A model generated the notes under the pieces. That model made no database searches and was not told the origin of the DNA. It saw only the letters and a list, made by a program, of their open reading frames with translations. A stretch of DNA of 63,797 nt, filler included, from Lenisia limosa (Eukaryota; Protista; Breviatea): assembly GCA_001655205.1 (NCBI GenBank). It is 19 parts of 19 records of this genome, joined end to end, with 100 filler letters (N's around TTAATTAATTAA, not from the genome) between each part and the next. Parts side by side here need not be neighbours in the genome. Positions count along the whole stretch, not along the records: positions 7,738 to 19,708 come from LPNZ01006682.1; positions 19,809 to 23,301 come from LPNZ01010978.1; positions 23,402 to 27,680 come from LPNZ01002977.1; 16 more parts are not named here. One strand, 5' to 3'. The position numbers and the translations under genes were made by a program. Positions 14,001-26,700 of this stretch are shown here, in pieces; position 1 is the stretch's first letter, and every line of letters starts with the position of its first letter.

Positions 14001-17000
14001 GAAGCTCTGGACTTCCGACGGTTACGCTTGACTTGCCAGCTGCGGTCGCGGCTCTGGTCAGTTCAGTTCAGTTCGGCGTGGCAAACCCCGTTACACCCGA
14101 GTACCAAAACCCCGACGATCTCACCGGATTCCTTGGAATCAGCTTTGAGCTGAGCCTTCTCGACGCCAACGGCTCCGTTTTGGACCTAGGCATCCTGGTA
14201 GAACCCGCGGTTTTGACAGTGACCACCGCCGAGCTCTCCACGCCTTCCGGCTACGGCGCCATGATCGGACTTGATTCTGGCTGGAGCACAGTGGAATCCA
14301 CATGCACGGCCGCGGAGGCGACAGCTGTTTCCGGCGGCGTATTGACGTTCAGCACTTGCCACTTCACGCAATTCGCGATTATTGAGGGTGGCGCCGTTGA
14401 GGAGTTCTGCCCCCTGGTTCCAGATTATGCTCTTGGAGCTTTCTCGAACTGTAATGGAACATTTGTTCCTGTTGGAACTCGTTGCAATGTCCTCTGTAAT
14501 AACCCTCTGTACAGCGCGGTGAATGGAGTGGTCGAATGTAACTCAACTTCGTTCACTTGGCCAACATCACTTTGCAAAATCGACTCGCTTGTTATCCCAG
14601 AAGACACCTCCGACGTCTCATTACCTTGCGATGAAACGAATCCCTTATTCCCGGGTTGCCAACCATGCGAAGAGGGCAGCACGCTGTACCCTGACTGCTT
14701 GCCCTGTACCTCTAATCATACCAACTGGCCCGATTGCATGGAATGCAGCCTTGAAACTGTTGACCATCCCAACTACCCAGATTGCGTCGTCTGTGATGAA
14801 AATTCGATCTTCCATCCCAACTATCCCGACTGTGTTGCCTGCACTATTGACACGCCTACACACCCTCTTTATCCCGGCTGCGTGCCATGCAATTCGTCCC
14901 ATCCGAACTATCCGAACAACGTCGGATGTGTCGACTGCACTTCCAACAACGAGAATTATCCCGACTGTCTTCCTTGCGATCTAGATCATCCGATCCACCC
15001 AATGTACCCGGGCTGTGTGGAGTGCACAGATAATCCCACTCACCCTAATTACCCCGATTGTGAGCCTTGTTCTTCTAACAGCACCAACTACCCCTCATGC
15101 CTTCCTTGCAGCTTGAGCACCCCGGAGCACCCCAGTTACCCCGGATGTGTGGAATGCACTTTAGATACTCCGAGCCACCCTAATTACCCCGATTGCGTGC
15201 CGTGTGATCTTGACTCTCCAACACATCCCAACTATCCCGATTGTGTTGAATGCACACTGCTCACCCCCACTCACCCCAATTATCCCGACTGCGTGGAATG
15301 CTCCGTTGGTACCCCGACCCATCCCGGGTACCCCGGATGTATGGCTTGCAATCTCACCACCCCATGGCACCCCGAATACCCGGGTTGCGTGAACTGCACT
15401 TTGGATACGCCGACGCATCCGAATTATCCTGATTGTGTCACGTGTACGCTCGAAACCACTACGCACCCGAACTATCCCGATTGTGTCACGTGCACTGCAC
15501 TGACGCCAACTCACCCCGAGTACCCGGGCTGCACCCCATGCACCCTCGATAACCCGGATCATCCAGACTTCCCGGGCTGTGTTAATTGCACTTTAGACAC
15601 ACCAGAGCATCCTAACTACCCCGGATGCGTGCCGTGTGACTTAACCACTCCGAGCCACCCAAGTTATCCCGATTGTGTCCCATGCAATTTGACCACTCTT
15701 ACCCATCCCAGTTACCCCGGATGTGTAGAATGTACCCTCAGTACCCCGGATCATCCCTGGTACCCTGACTGTGTCAATTGTACTCTTGATACTCCCACAC
15801 ATCCGAACTACCCGGGCTGTGTTAAATGTACTTTAGACACGCCCACGCACCCCCACTATCCCGACTGCGTACCGTGTAATTCCACGACAATTGACCATCC
15901 CAGCTATCCCGGCTGCTGGAACTGCACATTAGACACGACATCGCATCCCTATTATCCCGGATGTGTGGAATGCGTCGGAAATAGCAACCATCCGAACTTC
16001 CCGGCCTGTGGTGATTGCCTAGAATCAGACCCCGGGTATCCCGGGTGTTTGCCTTGCGACAAGGACCACCCTGAGCATCCGAACTACTCAAATTGCGTTA
16101 CGTGCACGTTGGATACGCCACTTCACGCCAACTACCCGGATTGCGCGCCGTGCAATTTGACCACTCTTACCCATCCCAGTTACCCCGGATGTGTAGAATG
16201 TACCCTCAGTACCCCGGACCACCCCTGGTACCCCGATTGTGTCAATTGTACTCTTGATACTCCCACGCACCCCCATTATCCTGGATGTGTTAACTGCACT
16301 TTAGACACGCCTACCCATCCTGATTACCCTGGCTGTGCAGAATGCACATTAGACACCCCTACTCATCCCAATTACCCCGATTGCGTGCCGTGTGACTTAA
16401 CTACTCCGAGCCACCCCAGTTATCCCGATTGTGCCCCATGCAATTTGACGACCGTTTTGCATCCCAACTACCCGGGCTGTGTTGAATGTACCCTTGATAC
16501 TCCCACACATCCAGACTTCCCGGGATGTGTTAACTGCACTTTAGACACGCCTACTCATCCTGATTACCCTGGCTGTGTGGAATGTACGTTAGATACTCCG
16601 TTGCATCCCCACTATCCGAATTGCGTGAATTGCACATTAGACACGCCAACTCATCCTAACTACCCCGGATGTGTAGAATGCACCCTCAGTACCCCAGACC
16701 ACCCCGGGTACCCTGACTGTGTCAATTGTACTCTTGATACTCCCACACATCCGAACTACCCGGGCTGTGTTGAATGTACTTTGAACACGACGACTCACCC
16801 CAATTATCCGGGATGTGTTAACTGCACTCTAGACACGCCTACCCATCCTGATTACCCTGGGTGTGTCGAATGCACTTTAGATACTCCGCTGCATCCCAAT
16901 TACCCCGATTGTGTCGAATGTAACCTCAACACCACCACTCATCCCAACTATCCTAATTGTGCGCCTTGCAATTTAAACACTACTGCCCATCCGAACTACC

Positions 17001-18438
17001 CCGGATGTGTAGAATGCACTGCCAGTACCCCGAGCCACCCCGGATACCCTGATTGTCTCCCCTGTGACAGCAACCACCCCAACTACCCGGCCTGTGAATC
17101 CTCTGCTGATGTCAATAATGCCGAGGAAGATCCTGTGATCGCTAACGCCGATGAGAGCACGCTGGAAACTGTCGCTCCTATTGCGGGAATTGGTCTTCTT
17201 GCTGTGGCTGCTGTGGCCGTTGTTGCTCTTGTTGTTGTCGGAGGCAAATCGGAAAAGGATCAGCCGACGGAGAAGGACCACTCGGTTAGGGGAGTAATAC
17301 TGTTTGCCACACTTTTTTTTTTTTTGTTTTGTTTTTCATTGTTTTATTCCCTGTGTCAACGATGACGAAAGATCATACTGATTGAGGGGACAGTAAAAGA
17401 TGACCAAAGATTGCATGAAGCTGAAATATTACTCACCTCAGTAAAGGCCAAATTGTGTTAAATCCACTCTAAATGTATATAAAAGTTAGAGAAGGCGAAT
17501 CGAGGAGGCAGTGTATTACGTTTTGCCTCGTTTTATTACCATTCTCTCTCTTTGTTCTATGCTTTTTATGCTCTATTTTCTCATATTTTTTAGCTGGCTC
17601 CTGTTGCTCCCATTTCAGGCAGCAGCGATACTGCCGCAACTCAGGATATTGCTGAAGATGTAATCACGTGAGAGAGGTGAAACAAGGTGAATATAAGGAT
17701 ATTCAGTGACCAGGATAGGTCGTGACCGATTTTCATTGGAAAATCACTGAGCAAATCGGTCAAGACTTATCCCGGTCACTGTATATCACAAAGCAAATCG
17801 GTCAAGCCTTATCCAAGTTTATAATTACGTGGGGTTGCTGCTAAAATTCCCTAGGGCGAGTGGAGGAGTTATAATCTGCTCTAGAACTCCATTTCAGACA
17901 AAATCAATTATTATCCCAGTGTCCTATTGATTTCCGTATAACAGTCCTAGTGTTGAACCCTTCGCCACAACCGATGGTGGGGAAGTGGCTACACTGCCCT
18001 CTTCAATTGACGCTGGAATGACCGCTCCTACCGCTGGTACCCCTGATTCTGAGNNNNNNNNNNNNNNNNNNNNNNNNNNNNNNNNNNNNNNNNNNNNNNN
18101 NNNNNNNNNNNNNNNNNNNNNNNNNNNNNNNNNNNNNNNNNNNNNNNNNNNNNNNNNNNNNNNNNNNNNNNNNNNTAGACTTCACATCAAAATAAAAAAA
18201 AAATCTTGATAAAATTGCGATTCAATAACAAAACTGATCCATCAGGGCTCCCCCTACGCCTGTCACCCCGACCACTCCCGCGGATAAACCCTCAGATACT
18301 CCTGTCACACCGTCGGAAGCGGATAAGCCTTCTGAAGCTTCCGACTCGACTCCGGAACCCCTGGAAGTCCCCTCCGAGCCTGAGGTGATCCAGATTAGTG
18401 ATGATGACTCATCTCCGATCCAAGATTCGTCGGTCTAA
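8019..18438 (+). CDS. Giant single-pass cell-surface protein: FN3 x3, REJ-like region, Cys-rich repeat, GPS motif, sushi-like module, ~52 CxxC repeats, TM helix, acidic tail (5' truncated)
   Basis: Phase-consistent exons 8019-8213, 8428-8941, 9060-10808, 11042-11225, 11510-11609, 11876-17284, 17594-17667, 17951-(gap) and ~18246-18438 (TAA). FN3-like motifs (VNGLKPATTYSV; ITGLVPDTLYSITV; LLWDAP...YIVRV...TYDISVATVNSYG). REJ-like PVIPISGPKTVSLC...ATGFAGR...WSV. Myxococcus/DUF4215-like CNNGVVEGDEECD...GCENCAITPGYVC. GPS-like WSTVESTC...TCHFTQFAII. Hydrophobic helix IAGIGLLAVAAVAVVALVVVGG. Domain names come from motif recognition only. Confidence 0.88.
11725..11798. mobile_element. MITE family B2 (TA|CACTGACCGC...GGTCATTG|TA)
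   Basis: Inverted termini with TA flanks. A related copy at ~7384-7460 and a partial at ~33519. TA target duplication is typical of Tc1/mariner-type elements. Confidence 0.75.
14624..17097 (+). repeat. Coding tandem repeat, 48-nt/16-aa unit, consensus CTLDTPTHPNYP[GD]CVE, ~52 CxxC pairs
   Basis: Counted directly from the translation of ORF 11834-17365. Shorter units of 12-14 aa occur at the start and end and around 15960-16060. Confidence 0.95.
17704..17781. mobile_element. MITE family B1 copy
   Basis: CAGTGACCAGGATAGGTCGTGACCGATTT ... AAATCGGTCAAGACTTATCCCGGTCACTG|TA. Confidence 0.85.
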
Positions 18439-18648
18439 GTACCCCCATGACTATATCCCTCTTTGGTTAGTTTTCTTCTTTGTTTGCTTGTTTGTTTTTT
18501 CTATTAATGTAGTACCTTCTTTTCCACGTGAGATGGTGACACCAACTTTTTTTTCATTTGCAACTTTGGAGGGGTGATTAGGGGGAAAGATGTTTTTTTG
18601 TTTTTTTAATCTGGACTTCCTATTAGAAAAAGACTCTTACCGCAATTA

Positions 18649-18736
18649 GGGCTTCACATCGGTTCGAAGAAGAAAACAGATAAAATATCGATATTTATTG
18701 AGAAATTCAGTTTTTTTTAAAACCGAATTGAAGCCC
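18649..18736. mobile_element. MITE family A copy
   Basis: TA|GGGCTTCACATCGGTTCG...AACCGAATTGAAGCCC|TA. Confidence 0.85.
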
Positions 18737-19193
18737 TATCAACAATAAAATACATCTTAATAATACGTTAGCTGTGTTTAGAGGAATTGCGACGACACCG
18801 TGAATCCCGAGTTAGTGAGAGGGCAGACTTCGTCGAAGATAAATTCATTCGATGCTTCCTACAAAGTCAACAGGACTTATCGGTTCCGAAAAGGGAAAAT
18901 ATCAATATACTACAATGGGTCTACCAAGTCTCCTGCAAAGTTTGTATACGCAGGTGTTTGAATAAGGTGAGAAATTCACAAACTGAGGTGTCCATTTCTA
19001 TTAGGGGAAATGTAACTAACTGTCCGGACACATGACCATTTTTTCGTTGAAACTATGAAAATATACGGGTTTTTTTGCACTAAACAACCGTAATGGGTCT
19101 AACAGTAACGGAACCACGCCAATAAGATATGGAATCATAGGTCCCCAATTGTATATTGTGAATAATTCTAATTCTTACAAAAAAACGCACTTA

Positions 19194-19625
19194 CCATATC
19201 CGTCCGAGGCGGAAAAACTTGGGACATTGTCAGGACTTCTGCTGACGTCTTTGCTGTAGCATACTGTCTCCACTATGTAGTGAAATGGAAGGACTTTGCT
19301 TTTTAGTCAATAGTGTCAGGACTTATCTCGGTCACTGTATATATTGTGTAGCTAGTTATCATAGTATCGTTTAATCTGTGTACCATATTTGCAAACCAAA
19401 TATAATAAATAATAATATTTTGCAAATCACACAAAATAAATACTATACAATACATGTATATTATACAACACAATACCAACATCATGTTTCATTCAACACA
19501 TAATCCCTCACCGCCTGCCTACAATAGCGGCCTCCCCCCCTACAATAGCGGCCTTACTCCCGACTGCGAGGTTTGGACTGCCAATAGCCAAAGTGTTCAG
19601 AACGTCACATCCGAAACAGAGGAGC
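19194..19625 (-). CDS. Two small exons of an unidentified gene
   Basis: CCTCCAG|LLCFGCDVLNTLAIGSPNLAVG|GTAAGG and ...KVLPFHYIVETVCYSKDVSRSPDNVPSFSASDGY|GTAAGT. Only splice signals and open frames support this. Confidence 0.35.
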
Positions 19626-20289
19626 TGGAGGTATTAGAGTGTTATTGGACAATTTAGGAAACAAAAAAGCCCAAAATCAACTCTGTTGGCTGACAACACT
19701 CAAGGGTTNNNNNNNNNNNNNNNNNNNNNNNNNNNNNNNNNNNNNNNNNNNNTTAATTAATTAANNNNNNNNNNNNNNNNNNNNNNNNNNNNNNNNNNNN
19801 NNNNNNNNAAAAAATGTTGTTTTGGGTTTTCTCAATTTGGCAACCCGTGGAGGGGGGGGGTGATGCTTTTAAAACAAAAAAGAAGAGAATCAGTTAAATA
19901 GGTGAAAGCTAACGTGCGTTGTAGGGAGCCAAAAACGTCGAAGAAGAGAGAGACATCCTCGGCTTTCAGGTTGTCAACTTTGGAAAGGTTTAAGTTCGTG
20001 AGCCTAGATGATCAAAACCAAAATACAGTAACTGACAATAATGATTGTCTTTCAATAATAACGCCAAAACAAAGAGAAACATTGAAGTTTAAAGATCCCC
20101 ATCCCTAAGTCAGCTTACGTTCCCTGCCTGTCAAGCTCCAAATCGAGGAGTACCAAGATGCGGGAGATAGGCTTCATCTGGTGAATCAAAAGGGTATTAC
20201 ATCATATTGGATAATCTCTAAATATATCCGCAATGAATCGAGACAGTTTTACACAACCACAAATAATAATTGACTCCACAGGGATGAAA

Positions 20290-23000
20290 TATTGCTAATA
20301 CACAGAGCATATGAGAGATCCCCCAAGGTACGTTAGCTTCCTTGAGTTTTATGAGGTAGTTATCTTTGATTTGAGCCAAAATGGAGAGGTTTGGAGGAGA
20401 CAGTGGTCTCGGAAGGGGCGGAAGGAAGTATGAACTACAGTGCCATCCACTAGGTGGTGAGATCAAAGAATATTTGGGTTCACAATCAACGCTCCCCTTT
20501 GTTTAACTGAATAACAACCAATTATCATAACAAGTAACTTGTGAAATATCCATCGATAATGAGGACGAAGCAAAAAGCCATCAAACTTCCGCTGCTCAGC
20601 CAGAGTTGTAGCAGCCCGCATGTGCACCGATTTGTACATATTAAATCGATCATCTGCGATATCAGAAGGTGGTCAATTATTCAAATTTGAGATGTCTTCG
20701 AGAAATCCTCCCCCCATCAACACAAACACCGCTACGGAAACAACGGGTTAGTCAGAAGCTCTTTTAACAACCCCTCTCACTTGCTTCAGCCACATGCAGT
20801 CTGAACAGTGTCACCTGAAATGTAACAACTACTTTCACGGAATGTTGCTGAAAAGATTTACAGGGTAGCTAAAATTGCATCCCCCCCCCCCCCANNNNNN
20901 NNNNNNNNNNNNNNNNNNNNNNNNNNNNNNNNNNNNNNNNNNNNNNNNNNNNNNNNNNNCCCATAGCTTCATCAGGTTCGAATCGTTCCACACTTTCAAA
21001 GGGTATAACATGCCAATGCTAAGGGGTAAGGCTTGCATCAAAATTCATGTAGATGTCGTAACTCTGATAATCAAGGATAGTTGAAGTAATATCAAGCAAA
21101 GTGTCAAACACCATAAAAGCGACATGAAAATTATATCAGAATATCCTCCCATACCTGTGGTTTGTTATTGATAGGTGCCTCCAATGAGAGAAAAACGCCT
21201 TCTTCCGCTATTCCTAAGGAACCCTGCACTGTAAGAAAATGGTTTTCCTGTAGATAAAATGTTGGAACGAATACTACTCTTATGAAACCACAACCAGACA
21301 CAAAAAAAAAGAGTTCCAAAGAGTTCCGTGTAATACCCACTTTGACACTATTGCCCCCTTTGGATTTTTTGTTGAGAATTTCTGCACGCCAGGTGTCCAT
21401 TCCTATCGCCGTGATTTCCTATATTAGTAAATTATAGCAATACAGAAAACTGGGCCAAAAAGGACAACTCAAAGATATCTCGATATAGCCGATTCCAATA
21501 TGCCCGCGTACGGCACGGGCTGTTTCCAGGTATTTCAACATGGCCTCGGTCACACTGAGGCCGACCAGCACCTTGTGGAAGTTGAAGATTCGTCTCTGCC
21601 AATAGCGATTCGAGAACCTGGAATTGATACAGTGAGGTATATACAAAGATGGAAGGAATCATGAATACAAATGACTACATAAACCGGCTCAACACGTAAA
21701 AAAAACGAATACATGTCTTCCTTATTGCACATTACCCTTAAAGCTGTCAAAGTCACTCACTTTTTGATAAACTGAACCGGGACTAACGAGTCCATGGAAT
21801 TGTCACTGAATGGTGAAATAAATATATATCGATATAGCAATGAGAGAAAAATAAGTAATATGTAGGTATGAATCTGGACGAAGCCGTCCACACCATTACG
21901 CTTATGAAAGGATGATTGTGCGGGAGAAGGGGTGCAATTAATCTAGACATAATAAAACTATTTGCTTACTCCATCATTCCAACAACGTGTATGGCTGAAT
22001 TGTGGTCACCAAGCTCGATCTGCACCGCAAGACCAGCCAACCTCATGGCGGTATATTCCGACAGATACACACTGGGTGATTAACATTGGTATGGTGATGG
22101 GGTGACACTAAACAAAAGCGTTTATCAGACATTCTCCCAAGCTAAATATATACTATATGTAATGTCTGACAACAGAAATGTTAGGGAGGTAGAACTGAGT
22201 ATAATGATTGGCGGTACTCACCTTCCGGAAATAATGAGTTTCCTGTACTGGAGAAAACACATCCTCAGAGTCTGAATATCCACACAATTTGGGTTGAAGG
22301 TCTTGAAGATCTTCAGCTGCCAGTGTGAGGGAAAACATAAGCCTAATTAGAACAAAGCCAAAAATAAAAGTAGCACCCCAACCTTTATATAAATCTTAGA
22401 GTCTGAGTCTTCCAAAACATCCAAAATAGGCGAATCCATTGGCACCCAGCGCTCTAATGGGGGAGGGGGGTGAGCGCTTATTTTGATAAAATACAATAAA
22501 AAGAAAAGTTTAACAACAAAGAAGCAGAAGAATCTCATGAGAGAACGAATACCAAAACAAAGTACCAAAACAAAGAACCAAAACAGANNNNNNNNNNNNN
22601 NNNNNNNNNNNNNNNNNNNNNNNNNNNNNNNNNNNNNNNNNNNNNNNNNNNNNNNNNNNNNNNTCATTAAGAAGATCCTGGGTGCAATAAAATGGGAATT
22701 GATTACTGCTGCCAGGATGAGCAGAAGCTCTGGTGATTTTTAAGATAAGAACACAAAGGAGTTACTTTGCTTCAGGTGAGAGATCAGTATCATTTCCTTT
22801 TAACTTTAAGGAATAATACCACCCCCGCCCTGCCCCCACTTCAGCAGTGGAACGTGAAGGAATGGCAAGCTTTTTATGCGTCCCGTCAGGAACATGCAGT
22901 GCCAGAATAACAAGTTCACTCTAAAATGTCATTGAAGGATGCTTGGTTCAATTCCACGACGTGAATGCCCTCACAACATTCCTTTGTAGCGCCATAATTG
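20290..23000 (-). CDS. Unidentified multi-exon gene(s) with mostly short introns
   Basis: Open exon-like segments with GT/AG borders, e.g. PSDIADDRFNMYKSVHMRAATTLAEQRKFDGFLLRPHYRWIFH, GWHCSSYFLPPLPRPL..., ENHFLTVQGSLGIAEEGVFLSLEAPINNKPQ and LALHVPDGTHKKLAIPSRSTAE. Full model not resolved. Confidence 0.45.
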
Positions 23001-23779
23001 TAATAGCATAACAGTGAGAACTTTATGATCCAAATTTGTTGATTTTATTCAATAATACATGAGAGAGACTTAGAAATGCGACAAAGTTGGAGCAATTGAA
23101 AGGGGAAGGTTTTTTAGATCCAAGCTAACGTTGAGCATCCTGTTGAATCCAGCGTTGGAAAGTCCTTTATTTCAAAAACTGATACCAATTAGGCTCAGAG
23201 GGCCTTTGGGGCGGTCTAGCAACTCTAGAAGCAACCGTTTTGGAACTAGAGATTATTACATCCGTGCTAGCAGCATGTACTGCTTCGCATTAATAATATA
23301 TNNNNNNNNNNNNNNNNNNNNNNNNNNNNNNNNNNNNNNNNNNNNTTAATTAATTAANNNNNNNNNNNNNNNNNNNNNNNNNNNNNNNNNNNNNNNNNNN
23401 NCATTTGGCTTGTTTTCACAGATAGAGGAAAATTCACAGATATATGGACGGTGTGATATCAAAAAACAATATCATAATCATATAATATATTAATGTACAC
23501 GTAGGAATATTATATTATATGATATATAATAAATATATAGTATATATTAACTCACTAGCAGTGCGATAAGAAACTGTCACCGATGCAATAGGAAACGACT
23601 AAATCAGTGAGGACAAGTAAGAATAAATACTTATCGATTGCTGCCATTTCAGAAGCAATTAACCAAGCATAAAACCTTTCCATTGGTTGGGGCAAAGGTT
23701 ACCGATGACATGACAACAAACAAAATTCTATATATCATATAGTAATAGTAAGATATCAAATGCATATCAATATTTTGCA

Positions 23780-26700
23780 ATCCACCAATATATACCTCTG
23801 GAAAGTAGAATATAATCCTACCAAGTCAGTAGAGAATCTAAGAGTGAAGCTCTTCATTTCCAATGGGGCAAGTTCGGTTAAATACTAACTCTGTTATAAA
23901 CACGTGTAAAACAACAAAAAGAGAACTGCTTGCATTAGAACGCCAATCTTACCATCAAATCAAAAAAAGTTATGCCATATGATACACCACTGGCCTCGAC
24001 AGAGTGCTCATCAGGTTCTCTGAATTGGTAAAGTGTATTCTATAAAAAAGGTTAAACATATACTATATATCATGATGTTCACTATTTACGAGCAATTTGA
24101 TATAATCCACAAACGAAGACTCATAGAATGGTAGTAGGTCAACTCCAGCTACAATGCCATCAGGTCCCTACTGCAATGAAAACGAAGCAATAAATATGAT
24201 ATCAAAGATAGATAATACACAAACTACAGTAAGGGTATAAACTGGTCTGTGGGGGTATAGTCAACACACCTCCAAGCTGAGTCCAGCAAAAGTCAAGTCG
24301 TCATTGACTATTACACACTCCTTGGGGATTCGAACCAACAACCATGAAGTGTCCCTGGTTGGAAGCGGGTTTATTGCAACTAAGACGCTTGACTTGGTGT
24401 CTTTGGTACAACTTAGCTTTGGCGGGCTATCCTGTCGTGTCAACGTGAAAATATTCAAATCTTTAACGGATTCCAATTTCGACGAATAACTAACTTTTGA
24501 GCCAAAGGAGAGTTCTAATGTGTCTTGAGAGTTTAAAAGAGTCTTTGAAACAGACTCACTCAACGAGTGCTCAGCGGCCATCTGTGGTATAATTTCTCAA
24601 GGTAAAATCCCATATTGGACAAAAACAGAGGTGATACAAATTTTGACCTGTAGTTTCTTAATTTTTTCACACCAATAACAAAAAAGAATCACAAACTCCT
24701 CCAACAATAATCTCTTGAGCCCTTTCTGATATATGCCCTTCGGCAACTTTGGATAAGGTACCAGTAATGGTATCGTGGTGACTATATGAGACTGATTCCC
24801 AAGTATCTGTAAATAGTAAATTAGTAAAGAGGTTACTGAAATCAAACAAACAGTTTAGCATTATATTGTACTAACCTTTCAGAGAAGGCCCATCTGTGCC
24901 TGAGAGAGCAGAAAAGGTTGAAGCAACTGTAACTGTTGTCCATGTTTTCCGTATTGTTGACTGGTGGGGATTAAATGATCAATCAATATGCAATATTCGC
25001 TATCATTTTCTCACTTTGAGCTGCGGAAGCGTTGTAAAAGTTCCACTCCAATTGGCATCGAACGAAGACACAAGGGGTACAAATGAATGACTGTACTGAG
25101 AGGCTGCTGGCTGGGACTCGTGAAAAGATGAATTAACGCTTCATGACTAGAATTGCAGCTATTTCGAACCTTGAAAGGGCCCTTAACACCAGTAGCAGTA
25201 GCTATGCTTCCAGGAGATGTGGATGGTGATTTGAGATCGTCTAAATGAAACAGAACAGAGCTCCTTACTTGGTAACATTTTGGCCAAATCACTTGCACTT
25301 CTCTCAACAGCTGCTTTTCGAAACTGAATTGCCTAAAACATGAAAAGACCAATAGAGAGCTTTCAGAACAAAACAAGATAAGCCAACCTCTTTCGAATTA
25401 TTTGCAGTTATTGCTGAAAAGGACCAGTCTGAAAGAGCTTCCAACAACCTATTGGGAAACATAAGATAAAATGTTAACTACTCTCAAATACTCATATAAC
25501 CACTTACGAAGCAAAATGTCCCCCTTTTGTTGATATCTTGGCATCAATCGGCCTTCAATAGTAAGTTGATCACAATCAGAAAGTTATCATCAATACTAGA
25601 GTGGTCATCCAATACTATATATAATAGGATATTATATTCTATATGGTTAAAACCGGGAACATGATTAAAGCCGAGAACAAAAACTGCCGTCTGCACAGTT
25701 TAGTTCATTTATCGGCCAATTTTGAGGAAAGTTCATCCGTATAAAAACGGAGGAGAAAATGATAGCGAATTATCTACCCCCTCATAAACTTGTTTATATT
25801 TATACGCCTAGTACCACCAACTTTGATGAAGCGTGACGTACCCCATTCAAATACGCATCTGGGGAGCTGAAGGCAAAGCAGACTGTAGACTTTGGGTCGT
25901 AAGATAACACCATAAGAAACTCCAAATTTCGGAGGGTTCTCAGCAACTGCCCCGCTTGAGAAGTGAAAACGGAATCCATTTAATCCATTTATGGCACTTA
26001 CAAGATTGGAACGACATGTCATCCCCAATAAATAGTGGAACATTACTTCCACCTTGCTGGTGTGCAAAACTGTCAAGCTACAGAAATCATCAGCATTTAT
26101 CAATAGCTCATTAAATGATCCATACAAACCATTTTCTCAAGTTTTTTTATATTGGCACTAAAGTCATTTTTGGGAGCAGCAAGGAAGTTGCTTAGCCATT
26201 TGGGAGTACTGGAAAAAGTAAGAACAATAACAAGTTTTAATCAGTTCCTAAACATCATACGCGTAGTGATCAGGTATCACGGATGCTCTGACGGTGCATT
26301 TCTCCTCTGTCAGCCTTAGCGCGTTCTTGACGGTGAAACATGTTTCACCAAACTGATAATTGCATTGTAATACTTGAAAGAAACCCCACTGTCCACTGAA
26401 TATCGCCTGAAGCTTTTCGGTTGTAGGAGACTCGATTTAAAATCTAACAGTGTCAATCATATTACTTTTTGGGTCATTTTCACTCGTGTGACAATAATTT
26501 TCAAAGAAGTGACATATTACTTCCTTTCACTCGTTTGATAATTAAGTGATATCTCTGGAAATTGGGAGAAGAACAGAAAAGCTTGATTGTGCTCTACTTA
26601 CCACATGAGAGATATTTAAGGAGGATGCTAGTGGACATCTAAAAGAATGAATTGATAGCATTGAAAAAAAATCCCAAAAACAGATACAGTTCCTCAAAAC

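Noticed and set aside
14624-17097. Multihaem cytochrome c or CRISPR-like array
   Set aside because: The motif is CxxC-x6-H, not CxxCH. The 48-nt units are in-frame coding repeats with synonymous variation and no unique spacers.
24994-25773. 18-bp inverted match ATTCGCTATCATTTTCTC at ~24996 and ~25755
   Set aside because: Short, with no target duplication or further similarity. One copy coincides with an ordinary intron donor region, so chance is plausible.
25774-26127. Minus-strand ORF as a viral Rep/HUH protein
   Set aside because: The ORF reads through predicted short introns, and no HUH motif I/II/III set is present.
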